A stretch of 64,000 nucleotides of DNA, taken from Isurus oxyrinchus. Taxonomy: Eukaryota. This document shows, piece by piece, positions 12,575 to 25,742 of the stretch. How positions within the stretch are numbered: the stretch's first letter is position 1; each line of letters starts with the position of its first letter. The stretch covers positions 31,248,001 to 31,312,000 of the forward strand of contig JANJGN010000026.1 of assembly GCA_026770705.1 (NCBI GenBank). Direction: 5' to 3'. Position numbers and translations under genes: made by a program. The notes beneath the pieces were generated by a model. The model made no database searches and was not told where the DNA came from. It worked only from the letters and a program-made list of their open reading frames with translations.

Positions 12575-12875
12575 AATATTCAGCACACAATAGTAAGTCC
12601 CACTGGCACTCAGCTCAACATCTGTCAGGGGTAAGCTGAAAAAACGGTCAGATACTCGGGGTATTGAATAGACTCGGCCTCCAACACGCCCTGTTTCCTG
12701 CCCTCCCTCAGAATTCATTTTGATTAAAAGCACCGGCGCCTCCCCCGTTCTTTGTGCTAGAACAGATCATATCGGCAGCTGTCCATGGAGTATGAACAGG
12801 ACAACACCATATGTCCTTCCACTATACATAATACTGATGATGCAGGTTGCTTAATTATATTTGAGCATCACAGAC
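12575..12875 (-). pseudogene. TCR alpha/delta-like V pseudogene
   Basis: VLSCSYSMDSCRYDLF*...GEAPVLLIK...DVELSASGTYYCVLN with stops and a frameshift; RSS CGCAGTG (12574-12568), 23 bp, ACGGAAACT. Confidence 0.85.
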
Positions 12876-12999
12876 CTTCGAATATTCAATGAACAGAATA
12901 CAAATGGATGTTTAGGTCCTAGAGACATCAATGAATGCTCGTTCCTTTCCTTCATCGCACCATCATCGAATGAAGCCATACAGCACATCATGTCTATGT

Positions 13000-13760
13000 A
13001 GCCTCTTTGGTAGGGGCACCAAATTGTTCCCATTCCACTGTTTGCTCCCCTTTGCCTTGCAAAATTTCCCATTTCAAGCAGTTACCCAATTATGTTTTTG
13101 ACATTTGATATTGAAGCTGCTTCCACCAACATATCCAGCAGCTTATTCCGCAGCACAACAACTCAGAGTGCAAATAAATGGCTGCTCGGATTCCCTCTGA
13201 TTCTTTTGTAAACGAATTTAAATCCAAGTCCTCTGATTATGGAGCTTTCCACCACTAGATGCAACTTCCCTCATTTATTCAACTAAAACAGTTAATAATT
13301 GTCAATATCGCAAACAAATCTCCTCCCAATCTTTTATGTTGTACAGAGAACAGCCACAGATTCTCCAGTCTCACCACAAAGCTAAAGCCCCTCATCAGTT
13401 GTGCCTTCCAAGTAAATCACTCCCGCACCTTCTCCAAGACCCTCAAATCATTTATCGTGTGTGGTTCAGATATTCCTAGATAGTAGTCCAACTGAGACCT
13501 TACCAGCTTTGTAGAAATGTTTAGCATAGCATCTTTTTCCTCTTGATAAAAGCAAGAACTTAAAATGTTCTTTACAGGATTCTCAGCCATCACTGCCAAC
13601 TTCAAAGTTTTGAGCACATTGCACCGTATCCATCTCTCTGTTCCTACAGCGCTGATCAAATTGCATCATTTAGTTTATATCGGATATCCTCATTATTCCC
13701 ACCAAAATGCATCATTTCACAAATACCATATGATACAGTCCAGGCAAATTGAAATGTCCA
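13000..13760 (-). mobile_element. Decayed CR1 LINE fragment
   Basis: CR1 ORF2-like remnant LVRSQLDYY...LEKV on the - strand. Confidence 0.55.
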
Positions 13761-14084
13761 TGTCCTCCTGAAGTTTTACATTTGCCCCATTGTTTATTAC
13801 AAAGCGAGATCCCCGTCATCTGCAAAGCCTGAACCAACTATACCAGGGATAAGTTATTACATTAATATGCTTATTGGATTACGGTTTACAAATAATTATT
13901 ATGCATACATCACTGGCCCAAGTACCGAAGTTTAAGGAAAGCAGTTGTAAGCTTCATCTAAGTTAAAATGAACAATTGATGACGACCATCCATCTATCCA
14001 GCCGTCATTCACTTTCACCCCTTTGCATCCGCCCGCACATCCAGCCATCCATTAATGCATCAGGTCGCCCTTCTATCCATCTCC

Positions 14085-14345
14085 CCTTTCATTCATCCAT
14101 CCATCCATCCATCCTCCTCTCCGTCCTTCCATCCATCCGCCCATCCACCTGTCCCTCCTTCCTTCAGTCCATCTGTCCACCCGCCCACCCATCCATAAGT
14201 CCATCCGCCCATACGTCCATCTGTGCATGCCTCCATCCGGCCATCCATCGTCCATCGATCCATCCATCCATCCATCCATCCATCCACCCGTCCATCCATC
14301 CATCCTTCTGTCCATCCTTCTGCCCATCTGTTCATCCAACAACTT
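14085..14345. repeat. (CCAT)n microsatellite
   Basis: Direct reading. Confidence 0.9.
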
Positions 14346-14469
14346 ATGCATCCGACAACCCACCTAATTTATTATTCCGTTTGTCACACCCTAACCCTCT
14401 TGTTGGTCACACCACAAGCCCTCATTCGTCAGATGCACGTCTATTTCAGGACATGTCTATAGTTTTCTC

Positions 14470-14662
14470 CGCCTTTCTGCTTCTTTCTCTCTCTTTCAAT
14501 TGAGCATCTTCTCTCTCTGTCTCTTTTCCTCTGTCTCTCTCTTTCTTTCTCTCTGTCTCTCTCTCCCTTTCTCTCTGTCTCTCTCTTTCTCTTTCTTCTT
14601 TCTCTGTCTCTCCTTCTATGTCTCTTTTTCTCTTTCTTCTATCTCTATTTTTTCTTTCTCTC
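14470..14662. repeat. CT-rich simple repeat
   Basis: Direct reading. Confidence 0.9.
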
Positions 14663-14664
14663 CC

Positions 14665-15530
14665 ACAGATTTACGCCCCTGCAAATTCTCGCCCTTGCAA
14701 ATTCCCCCTCCCCGCAGTTTTCCACCAGTGCAAAATCCCCTTTGCAGGTTCTTTCTACCCCACAAATCCACCCTCCCCCCCAGCAAAATCCTCCATGTGC
14801 AAATTTCCCCCACCTGCAACTTCCACCCTGTGCAAATTCCCTCATGTGCAAATACCACATCCACAACTTCGACCTCCCCCCGCACATTCCCCTCTGTGCA
14901 AATTACAAACTGTGCAAACTTACTTCCCCACAAATTCCCCTCCGCAAATTCAGCCCCTGTAGGTTCTATTCTCCTTTCCAGCCCCACAGTTTCCCCACAT
15001 GCAAAATTCTCTCCCCGCAAATTGGCCCTGTGCAAATTTCCACCTCCCGCAAATTTCTCCCCCATGCAAATTTACTCCCCCTGAAAAATTTCCCCCTGCA
15101 AATTTCCCAACTTGCAAGTTTGCACTGCAAATTTACCCCTCCAGATTATCTCCCCGCTGCAAATTCCCTAGTGCGATTTTCCCTCTGTGCAAACTCCCCC
15201 CTCACAAATTTTCCGCTGTGAAAATTTCCCCCACCTTAAATTTCTCCTTGTACAAATGTCTTCCCGCCCGGCAAATTCCCTCCTGTGCAAATTCCACACC
15301 CACAAATTCGACCCATGAAAATTTCCCCCATGTGCCAGTTTCCCCCGTGCAAATTCTCTCTCCCCGCAATTTTCCACCTGTGTAAATTCCCCCTGCAGAT
15401 TCTGTCACCCTGCAAATTCCACACCGTGCAAATTTATCCCCCGCAAATTTACCCCCCAGGCCCAAATTCTCCCCTCCACAAATTACCACCCCCCCCCCCC
15501 CCCCCCCACCCTGCAATTAAATTCCCTAGG
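14665..15530. repeat. Degenerate minisatellite, ~15-20-bp unit containing (T)GCAAATT(T)CCC
   Basis: Many recurrent gcaaatt motifs separated by C runs. Confidence 0.85.
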
Positions 15531-17607
15531 TTCATCATTCTGGACGGCAGTTTGAAATTCACTGCCCCACGCCCCCCTTTTTGCAATAATTTCTGTTTGC
15601 CAAATGAGTTTTTTCAAATAGATACCAACAGGTTATACTCACTAAGTTCCTCAGTCAGTTTGGTTCCTGTTCCGAATATTAATGGTCTAAAAACACTCGA
15701 ATACACAATGACAAAACTCCATCTGAAAACTCAATGACACGCCAATAAACTTCAAATGGCATTCGGCACTCTTCTGGCCAGATCACCAAGTCCCACCACA
15801 TAATGCTATTTTCTGCAGTTTGCTTGGGTTAAACAGTTACTCCTCAAACCCTGCAATCTTGGAAATGATTCGCAGCTCTCCTTCCATTTTGCACCATAAG
15901 AAATCATGGCCGCGATTTCCCAATTGACAAATCCAAGCGAGGCAGAGGGTGGGGAGAATCCTCTTTTTTACTTTCAAACGAAATTCTCAACGCATTACAA
16001 ATATGCTGCAAGTGGGGTTTCAGTAGAATTGGAAGCAAAGACAATGTACATCCCCCACCCCACCATCGGCAACTGTTCCTCAACACTGCGATATTTGATG
16101 CAATATATGGCTGCCTGGGTTAATGGAGCAAAGGGTTTTGGGCCACATTACACAATGCAACATAAACATGACTTCTAATTTCCCGGAGTCTCCTTAACAT
16201 TAGAATTCAGACACAGGCAGAAGCATACACACACAAAACAACTAACACCTTCAAGTGGCACTTTAAATACTCTGGTCCTCGTCTCAGGGTTAAAAGTCGG
16301 CCATTTTGGCTTAAGTTGAGGAGATATCCCTTCACTCAGAGGGCTGCGGGCCTTTGCAATTCTCCAGCCCAGAGGGTTCAGGATGTTCAGCAGTTGCCCA
16401 TATTCAAAATGGTGATTGATGGATTTTCATTTGGTGATGGATAGATATTTTGGGAGGTGGCGCTAAAGGGATCAATGATATTGGGACAGGCCAAGAGGAC
16501 ATTGAGGTCAAATCTCAGTCATGATCTTATTGAACTGCTCAATGCTGCTCCTATTTATTATGTCCTTAATGGTTCCCACCGTCCAGGCTGTACCATCCCA
16601 CGACCCCAACACCGAACCCTGACCGACCCTGTACTTTGGGGACATTGAAGCTTCGAATATTTCGAGACTGGAGCCCTTAACCAGTGCAGTGCACAACCCC
16701 CCAGCTCAGGTGAAACTTCCCCCGCTAGTGCATACACACACTGACAGACAGACAGACACACACACACATGCACACACACACACACACGCACACGCACACA
16801 CAGACACACACGCATACACGGACACACATTCAATAATGCCTGACTTGGTGATTAAAGGCCTGTTAAAGCCTTGGGGGAGTGGGGGGGACTATTGGAATCG
16901 CGATGCACAAGGTTTGGCATCTACTTTCTGGGATAGATCCAATCAATCGGCACCCCCTCCCTCGCACCCACCCCCATCCGACCCCCAACGACAGCTCCTC
17001 ACCCCAAATCCCGTTTACATCACTGACACATGAATTAACTCCGTGGCTTAACATCTAAGTCAGTTCAGAGGAAGGAAAGAGAATGAAAATTAAATAAATA
17101 AAAGATGTGGAGTGATCCACAATGACCGAATTACTGGTTTCCACAATCAACCTTGTCCCGTTGTTCCGTATGTTGCACGCGGTTAAACCCGATCACAAGA
17201 TCCATGTTACCCACCCCCTCCCCATCTCTGGGCAAAGCTGCTCCCTTGTCTGGGAGATGGATCAGGCGGTGAATACACAGGACGTGACTTTATTATGTGG
17301 TGCTGGGTGCATTGGGGAGGGTACAAATCCCTGAATATCCAGGAGGAGAAAACAGGGCGATACTGACAGAATGGGAAAGGGGGTAAGGGTCCCGGGCCGG
17401 GAGGCTGTGGGGGTGGTGATGTCGGGTGGACCCAGGTTAACATCACGGGGTGGGGAGGAGGGAGGGGGGCTGTGTGTTGATAGCAGTTGGTACCATCCCG
17501 TAGGCTATTGCACGAGTGTTGAAGGAGATTCAGCTACTGTTGGTCCTTCTGTAATCCCACCATGTTCAGGCTTTTCTACAGCTCTCTCCATTCTCTGTAT
17601 CACTGTG

Positions 17608-17913
17608 CTGCACGCCGACTCAGTGCACAGTAAGACACAGCGGAGTTGCTCCATTGTAGTTTGGAGATCTTTAACCGGCTGATTTTCTCGACAGATTCGA
17701 TAGAAGCAGAAATTCTCCCCTCGACGGCGTTTTCTTTATTCTCCTCTCCTGAAGTGTGTCTCTGAAGCAGATATTCCGGAGCCTTTCCGGGCGACAGACG
17801 ATACCAGTGTACTGTGTACGGACAGAACCCTGAATATTCACAGTTTAAAGTAACGGTGTCACAGGCAGCAGAGGTTTGTACTGGCAGATCCCGGGAAATC
17901 CTGGAACTGGAAT
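17608..17913 (-). CDS. Leaderless supporting TCR-delta V of NAR-TCR cassette 2
   Basis: Acceptor at 17915-17914; open frame TLNCEYSGFCPYTVHWYRLSPGKAPEYLL...NSAVSYCALS; RSS CACAGTG (17607-17601), 23 bp, AGAAAAGCC. Confidence 0.88.
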
Positions 17914-20770
17914 CTGGAGAATCAAAAAAAATGAACATTATCTTTTTGTTTATCCACTGTTTGTCCAGGAGAAATTGTCGATCGCTTGAATAGCTCTGCT
18001 TTTTGTGGTAATTTTATTTTTTGAAGCCTGTAAGAACCGTATTCACTGTTATTAAACTATGATAAAGTAGGGAATGAAGTGATTTTTTTTTCCATAGCGA
18101 ATTCTCCTCATGAAGAATGCACCGTTTGAATTGGTGGTGGGAACAGATTCCATTGTAACTTTGAAGCAGGTAATGGATCTGTACTGGAAATGTAAATAAA
18201 AATATAGAGCGATGGAGAAAGTTAATGGGCCGTGGGACCAATTGGTTTGCACTTCTAATGCGTCGGCGCATACACGACGGGCCGGATAATTCTATGAATA
18301 AAATTACATCCCTGTGTGTATTATCCCCAGTGAGACACAAACCCGAGGGAATATTTTATGACCAATGAGGCAACCGATTTCCAAAAAAGAAAAATGTTTG
18401 TTAGAGAGAAATACAGCTGTGTGGCATCACAACAAGACCCAACACAAACCGATGGGAATCATCAGCACCAATTGGGCCAAAGCGAGAGTAAACATCAGTG
18501 GTCAAACGTCAATCATTTCTTGCGGCTTATAAGTGCTCTGGAATTTCTCTCGGCCTGGTGCTCTATTTCTCTAAGTTTTATCAATAGGGTCCAATTTTCT
18601 GCAGTTTAGTTCATTTGAAATATTTACAATTAATTTTATTTTATTTACTTTATTTCACATTTCCTTTTTTCACATTTACTTTGTGCTGTTTGCGCTTTTT
18701 GCAATCGTGGGAACTTCTCCCAAACTCTCTCAGTTGTCTGTTGGGTTCAGTCTGTTCAGTTTCCGCAGTGGTTTTACTGTTACTCACTGGGAACTGCCTC
18801 TTCCGGCTCTCTGACAATTTCAGTTCTTTCCGTACGTTAACTGACTCTTTCCCGGGTTCACTGGGCGGAGTTTTCCCTCAATTTTACATTATGGAGGAAA
18901 AACAACGCAAAAGAGGAATGGGCCATTCAACCTGTGCATAGACTCAATTCCAACCTAATCCCCACCGAAACGTAACTGACCATTTCCATCCAGCTCCCTG
19001 GGTCGGTCTATTCCGTAAATATATCAGTAATATCTGCAAGCACTCCCTGGGACAGCAAGTTCCATACTTGTCAATGACTTGTCATTGTTAAAATTTATTT
19101 GTCTTAATATTCTTCTTTGTCCTGTTAATATTTTGATGGTCCATTGCTTTGGCCTCAGCCACAAATAAACAATTTCACCAGACTAAAACCGCTCATTGTT
19201 TGAAAGGTTTCTATTAATTTTCCCAGTGTTTCCCTTTTGTCCAGAAAAAAGAGGCCCAGCTGGCTTCAACTTCCCAGAGAGATGTGGAATGCTGCTGATT
19301 TCTTTTCTCAGGCCTATAGGAAATCAAAGTAGAGAATCGAATAGAAGCAGGAGGCGCCAGATCACCTTTCAAACCTGCTCAGCCATTCAGTAATATGGTT
19401 GCTGATTTTCCACCTCAACATCACATTCCCGCATTCTCCCAATATCTCCTGATTCTGTTAGTATCCAAAAAATCTGTCGAATATTGCCTTGCATACACGG
19501 TGATACTGAACACCCACTGCTCTCTGAGTTACAGAATGCCACAGGTTCGCACCAATAGTTCTTCTCAAGATTATTTTCCGTTTCTCAGTTCTAATGGATG
19601 ACCCTTTCTTCTGAAGCTGTGACCCTGAGTTCTATACTCCTCAGCCTGGAGAAACTGCGACCCAGTATCTGCCCAGTCAAGTTCCCTGAAGAATATTATA
19701 TGTTTTCATTAGATCACCTCTCATTCTCCTAAACTCTAGGGAATACAGGCCCAGACTACTAAATCATTTCACAATTGGCAACCTCTTCATCTTAGGAATC
19801 AGTCTGGTGAGCCTTTGTTGCACTCCTTCCAAAGCAGATGGTTCTCTCTTCAGTAATGAGACCAAAACTTTACACAGCATTTCAGTCTATTTCAGTCCTT
19901 CCCTCCATAAAGCTCACCCACCACGTGGTCGGATTGTACTTTGGAAGGCGCCCAGAGGTCATACAATCCTTCTCCCCCTTTCGCTGAGCTATTACTTGCT
20001 GGTTCTAAATGAACATGGCCCCAGTTTATAATTGTTCCCTATGTTCTTGTTCTCCTTTATAAGATTAATGCATTATCCTCACTATCTCACTGCATTTTGT
20101 TGTTTCCATTAACAGTAATCAGGGATACAGAAAAATTACAGCAATCCCATCTCTCAAACATCTACATTCAAGATAATAAAGTGTCTGCAGTTCCAAACTT
20201 TCACATTTCGGTCTGAGGTCAGAAAGGGAGGAAAGTAATTGGTTTTCTGAAGACAATTGAAACAAACGGCGGGGGCATTGTCACTAATTTCAGTCACTGA
20301 TTATCCAATAATAAAATTCCATGTAGACCCACATCAGGACCTCTTATATCTGAAGTCCATTGTGTCACTTGCTTGTTTTACTCCCGGGTCAGGTATCCGA
20401 ACTGGCCGCAGTTATGTTGAGTTTATTCACCCTGTTCCTCATTCACATTGCGCAGCTCGGACTGCAAACTGCTGCCCAGGAGAGAGATCTGTCACCCCGC
20501 TCCCCAGCTCTAAGGGACAGGCAGAGCTCCCTCGGTCACAGTTAACACCGGGAGTGGAGTCCGGATTGCCGACAATCTGCTCTCATTAAAAGCGATTCAA
20601 AGTGTGAGAGTCCGAGATGTTGATGTTGTCCCCAATGTGCCCGTTAAACCAATAATGGTCCAGATTCCGTCAACTTCCACATCCCCCCAAACCCAACCGA
20701 TATCAATAATAAACTGACGGTGAACATTACAAGGGACAGTCGGTAACCCGGCGAGGTTTGGAGTTATTAC

Positions 20771-20814
20771 TAGCTGTCCTGGGTCCATCCACAGAATAAT
20801 ACTTAGTAACCCAC
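20771..20814 (-). other. NAR-TCR J segment, cassette 2, internally deleted
   Basis: Heptamer 20815-20821, 23 bp, nonamer 20845-20853 (plus-strand CACAGTG...ACAACAACC); encodes KYYSVDGPR-----TA, 15 nt shorter than J1; donor GTAATA. Confidence 0.82.
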
Positions 20815-21197
20815 CACAGTGACACCACTCTCAGTGTCCCCGGTACAACAACCACCGACAACTCAAACTACTGGGGAATCATCATCAGACAGTAGAAACT
20901 GCCCAATTATTCAGCGGATATAAATAAATAAACAATATTCAATATTTTAAAGTCTCTGTCTGTTCAAACTGTTCTTTGTGAGGCCCTGAGCTCTGAGTAA
21001 ATGGTCCCGGGAACGAAATGTTCTCTTCATATAAACCTAGAAAAATGATTAAAGAAAGATAACTGAATGCTGGAAATTACAATGAAATGTAACCAGATTA
21101 TAGCAACAATAACATCAACCCGACGTTTCACTGTCCGGGACTGGAGAATTTATATTGTGATTGTGGAGAGATATTTGCTCAAGTCTCTTCAACTGTG

Positions 21198-21214
21198 ACT
21201 TCCCCATCCAAACA
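21198..21214 (-). other. NAR-TCR D segment (TGTTTGGATGGGGAAGT) with 12/12 RSSs
   Basis: 5' RSS is plus-strand CACAATG (21215), 12 bp, ATGAAATCC; 3' RSS is CACAGTT (21197-21191), 12 bp, GCAAATATC. Confidence 0.85.
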
Positions 21215-21608
21215 CACAATGTTACAAGTCAGCATGAAATCCCCTGGGTACTTGGTGCGCTGTGGGGATACTAGGTAAACAGCGGGGACTGCGGTTCCCG
21301 GTTCCAGCTGTTAGACCAGGATCACATCTGGTGTTAGAGGATTGTAACTGGGATTAGTCATTCCCAATCCCCATTCACTGACACCAATCCCGGCAAAGAC
21401 ATCGCCATCCGCACACACTCGACATTTATAAAACTCAAGATGTTAACGGCAATAATCCAATCTCATTATACACTAGACTGTGGGGCAGGCGGTGTGAGGC
21501 GGAACCGTGGGGGGTTTAACTGCAGATTAACTCCGTTTTTTTATTTGATTCTGTAATAATCTGCAGTGAGAGTTTTTATATCGCGGGAAACCGAGACCCG
21601 TCGCCGTG

Positions 21609-22091
21609 TTCTTCGTACTCGTACTGAGCTTTACAGAAATAGGTGGCGGTGTCTTCAACTCTCACATCCCGAATTTCCAGCGAAAATGTATTTTGTGCTT
21701 TATTCAACGACTCAACAAATCTTCCTCCGCTGGAGATCCGCTCCCGCTCTGTCCCGGTCTGGGTTTTTCTGAAGAAATCCCCGCCCGTCAAATGTCGAGC
21801 GTAAAAACCACCATAGAAAACACAGGTAATGGTGAGAGACTGACACTCCTTCCTGGTCACAGCTGCCGGGGTCTGTGTCAATGACTGACTGAAATAGCCT
21901 GGAAATTAAACAGAGAGAGTTTAATGGAGCATCAGAGCAGATTCACAGAACGGGGTTAAACCCCAGACATTGTCTGTAATTGGGATGGGCTCGGGCAGCT
22001 TACTATTAAATCCACACAATGTCGGTTTGTTTGATCGGTACTCACGGGGTAAACATTCACACAGGGTGAAAACAAGAAATATTCCTATCAT
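21609..22091 (-). CDS. NAR-TCR V (IgNAR-like), cassette 2, intact
   Basis: Leader 22091-22046 (MIGIFLVFTLCECLP, GT donor); V exon 21898-21609 open, with extra FR1 Cys (KECQSLTITC) and GGRFVESLNKAQNTFSLEIRDVRVEDTATYFCKA; RSS CACGGCG, 22 bp, ATAAAAACT. Confidence 0.92.
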
Positions 22092-22599
22092 TCTGCTGCC
22101 TGGAACTGAGGGTTTATATGACGGGGAGCTGGAGACTGCAGCCCTGGAGTGCACTGGGAAACCGGACCTCAGAGCTGGACTGAAATATTTTAGGGGGATC
22201 GAGTTTATTTGTACAGGGCAGTTTCGCTGAGATCATTGATGGGCCGCATGGTTCACGGATAGGTGGCTAAGTGCTGTGTGAATAAGAGATAGGTTTATAA
22301 AAGGAGGCTGCAATTTTCTGACTCTACATTTGGATTGTGATCAGGATGTGAAAGCCCCTCCCACAATAATCTGGGGTACAGGGGTGGGGGAGGGGAGCTT
22401 TTCTTTCTGCCAGTTGTGCTGTTGCATTCCTTTCCCCACAGTGATAAACTGGGAGGTCGGTGCATGTGTTTGCATTGGGTGGTGTTTGTTAAAGGTGGAA
22501 TGTGGCCCCAGACACCGAGAGAATCCCCCTGTCCCGCTCTTACCACAGTATTCCGGAGAATGTTACCTGGTTCTTGTGACCCCAGACAAGGTATCTGAT

Positions 22600-23711
22600 G
22601 TTTTGCAAAACGAAATCACAAGGTTTGCTTTAAATATCCATGGGAACTATCATCCGCCAACACCTTACGCCATGGACCCCACACTGGCTGCAAAGGTTAA
22701 CCAGGTCCCATACAATGAAACACACTATATCCCACCAAATCATTGAAGAAGACTTACGTCACTTCCAGCATTTCCAGTTGGGATAAAATTTCGTCAATCT
22801 GAAACGTTAGCTCTCCACTGAGAGGCATCCTAACCAGCTATCCTTTACTTTTCCAGAATGTTCTGTTCTTTTATTTCAGATTTGCAGCATTTATGGTTCT
22901 CGGCATTCGATTATTGCATCGTGTGGGATTGGAATTGAACCCTTGCTATGTTTAACCTGGCTCTGAGCTGTGCTGATTAGCTTTTATCAATTCCATTGCC
23001 TCGTGTTCGTTGGCCACTGCACGGGCGGAAACTCTTCGCACCGAGAGACTGGGGAAAAATTGATATTTTTAACATTTGTTTTATTCCTTAGTAGGACGTT
23101 GGCCAGCATTTATTGTCCTGCTCTAATTGCCCTTGTTCAAGGGCATTTAAGAGCCAACCACATAAATGTGGGCCTGGAGTCAGATGTAGGCCAGACCAGG
23201 CAAAGGCGGCAGATTTCCCTCCCTAAAGCACATTAGTGAAACATATGGGTTTATTCACTGCAACTGGCAATGATTCCGTGGTCATCATTAGACTTGCAAA
23301 TCCACATTATTAGGGGAATAGATATTGCACAGTGAATCCAGGTTTGGTGAGTCAGCGTGTTTTCCAGGGTTACTTCCTTTCTTTCGAAATATTCTACCTG
23401 TGTCTTTCAGGAAGAAATGGCGAAGATTCAGGTTCTGAACATCTTTCAGAATGAAGGGGTTGTGAATTTTCCTGGATATCTCTGAACTGTGGTTACTCGC
23501 CAACTCCGTCAATTCTGTTTTACCACCTCCAAAATCGCTTGGAAGTTCTGAGATGTTCACTGAGTATTGGAGCTCGGTGACAGGGCCTATGTTTTCACAT
23601 GTCCCAGCCATGGCATCTGCTGTTTGACACAAAGATAATGAAACCGTTCCCTTAGTATTGATGTGGCCCTTCAATTCGTCTTTGCCGTTTGCTGTTGTGC
23701 TGTGCCAGAAT

Positions 23712-23746
<35 letters not shown>

Positions 23747-24090
23747 CTTTCGCAATCGACCCTCTGATGGACACTGCCTGAATCACACACACGCACACAC
23801 AACATTAGAAATCTACCCTCTGCTGGACACTGTCATTACCACATGCACACACAGACAGCCCTTGAGCAATCTACCCTCTGCTGGGCACTGTGATCATGAC
23901 AAACACGCACACCAACCCACACATCTTAAGCAATCTACCCTCTGCTGGACAATGTCATAATCACACACATACACAAACACATACACACACACACACACCT
24001 TTAACAATCTACCCTTTGCTGCGCAGTGTCATAATCACACACAGACAACTTTAGCAATCTACCCTCTGCTGAACACTGGCGGAATCATAC
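22600..24090 (+). repeat. ~1.5-kb segmental duplication (other copy ~41690-43230), ending in a CA/aatctaccctctgctggacactg minisatellite
   Basis: Colinear similarity, e.g. gaaatcacaagg..., ctttcaggaagaaatggcgaagattcaggttc. Confidence 0.85.
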
Positions 24091-25136
24091 TCCTTAACCT
24101 TTCTGCTTTTGCGTTAAGGCAGTGTGCTACAGTGGTGTAGGGGAATTATCGATGAGCTAGTAATCCAACACCATTGCACAATGTCCAGTGTTCGAATCCC
24201 ACCACGACAAATGGTAAGACTTGAGTTTAATAACTTTGTCTAATTATCTGCAGGAAAAAAACAATTGTCACGAAAACCCATCTAGCTTGCAAATGTCTTG
24301 CCGTGCGTGGGACTCTAACCCACAGCTAGTTACAAATAATGATGGCTGCTGCCTCTCATTTGGTAAGGCTCTGTCATCAGTAGCTTTATGCTCCCATTCA
24401 AATACATTTAGGGGCAAAAACAGGTAATTCTTGCCATACTCAGCAAGTCGGAAAACAGGGAGAATCAGATATAAGGTTTCACGTCCGCGACATTCCACCT
24501 GAACTCAGTTTGAGGAGTTGCTGATTTCTGGTGAAAGCTCACAGACTGGAGCCTTCATACTGTTTCTGATTGTGTTTGCAGCATTTTCTGTTTTTGTTTC
24601 GAATTTGGTTAATATTTTCCTGCGAGATAGAAGAGGGGGGTGGGGGTCTGTAAAATATCATCCGCAGGACAATCGCAAGCACATTCTTTCAGATAACTGT
24701 TTGGTCATAATTTGGGGCAAATTTAAGCACGGATTTTACTGTATGATCATCTTAATGTTCTTTAAGAATCATCACACAACGGCATAAATTAAAAACTCAG
24801 GATCCCTCTCGGTTCCCTGGGACACAATCAGACAATGGAGCTCCCCACGTAGGAAAGACCGCACTGACTAACTGCATCCACAGTCCGACACTCTCTGCTG
24901 TGACCATCAGTATCTCTGATGAAAGATCCTCTCCATTAGGATTTACAAGACAATCCGCGGCAGCCCTGGATTTTCTAGGCAACCGGTGGCACCCCTGCCC
25001 GTCTCTGTCGTTAGCCGCTCATGCTCTGAGCCGCCTGGCCCGCCTTGTTTTATCAAAGAGATTGCTGCCTCTCTTCCGGATCTGTCACCAGGAGCGAGGT
25101 TTTTGGACAGTGACTGCCCGGTTTTGTCTCAGTGTG

Positions 25137-25562
25137 GGGCTCAGCCGCACATTAATAAACCGTGACATTGGCGTCGTCAGTGCCTTCAATGAGCGGTTTG
25201 CCGCGTTTCTCCGACTCGGAAAGTTTCAGTTCATATCGCCCGCGTGTCTATTTGCCAATCTATGCTCGCCTTATAATCCACTGCAGTCTCTGGCCGTATT
25301 GCTGTCTATACCAACGCATCGCCTAAAAGTCGGACACCTCGTAGCTGCAGTCCATCTGTGCTCTGGACTGTGTTCGAAGCGGGAGATTGAAGGACACGGT
25401 TCGAGAGACATCGACCTGCAGAAGTATTCAGGGTATGAAAAACTGGAAAAACGAGATGAATAATGAAAAACTCACTCTGGGTTATTGGGTACCTGTCCTG
25501 TACCTCCCTGTTCGCATCACCAGGATGACGGATAATAGCTTTAACGGGGCGACACAACACAT
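25137..25562 (-). pseudogene. TCR alpha-like V pseudogene
   Basis: Leader 25562-25508 (MCCVAPLKLLSVILVMRT, donor mutated); exon from 25415 reads NRVLQSPAS...DCSYEVSDF*AMRWYRQQYGQRLQWII...VY*CAAEP; RSS CACACTG (25136-25130), 23 bp, CCAAAAACC. Confidence 0.85.
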
Positions 25563-25641
25563 GGTTGCTATGAGAATGTCAATACAATAATAGGAGGCAG
25601 CTCATAACAGAAGAAAGTCAATCGGGTGAAGAGATTAAAAT

Positions 25642-25742
25642 AAAAACAGAATTAGCTGGAAAAACTCAGCAGGTCTGGCAGCATCGGCGGAGAAGAAAAG
25701 AGTTGACGTTTCGAGTCCTCATGACCCTTCGACAGAACTTCA
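25642..25742 (+). mobile_element. Short Penelope-like insertion with 13-bp TSD
   Basis: aagagattaaaat at 25629-25641 and 25743-25755. Confidence 0.8.

Noticed and set aside
13976-15737. Many overlapping long ORFs
   Set aside because: Products of stop-poor simple and minisatellite repeats.
21258-21284. Possible second D segment (CACAGCG heptamer)
   Set aside because: No credible nonamer at 12 or 23 bp on either side.
23700-24090. Repeat-spacer pattern resembling a CRISPR array
   Set aside because: Vertebrate DNA; the 'spacers' are CA microsatellite and the units are degenerate.
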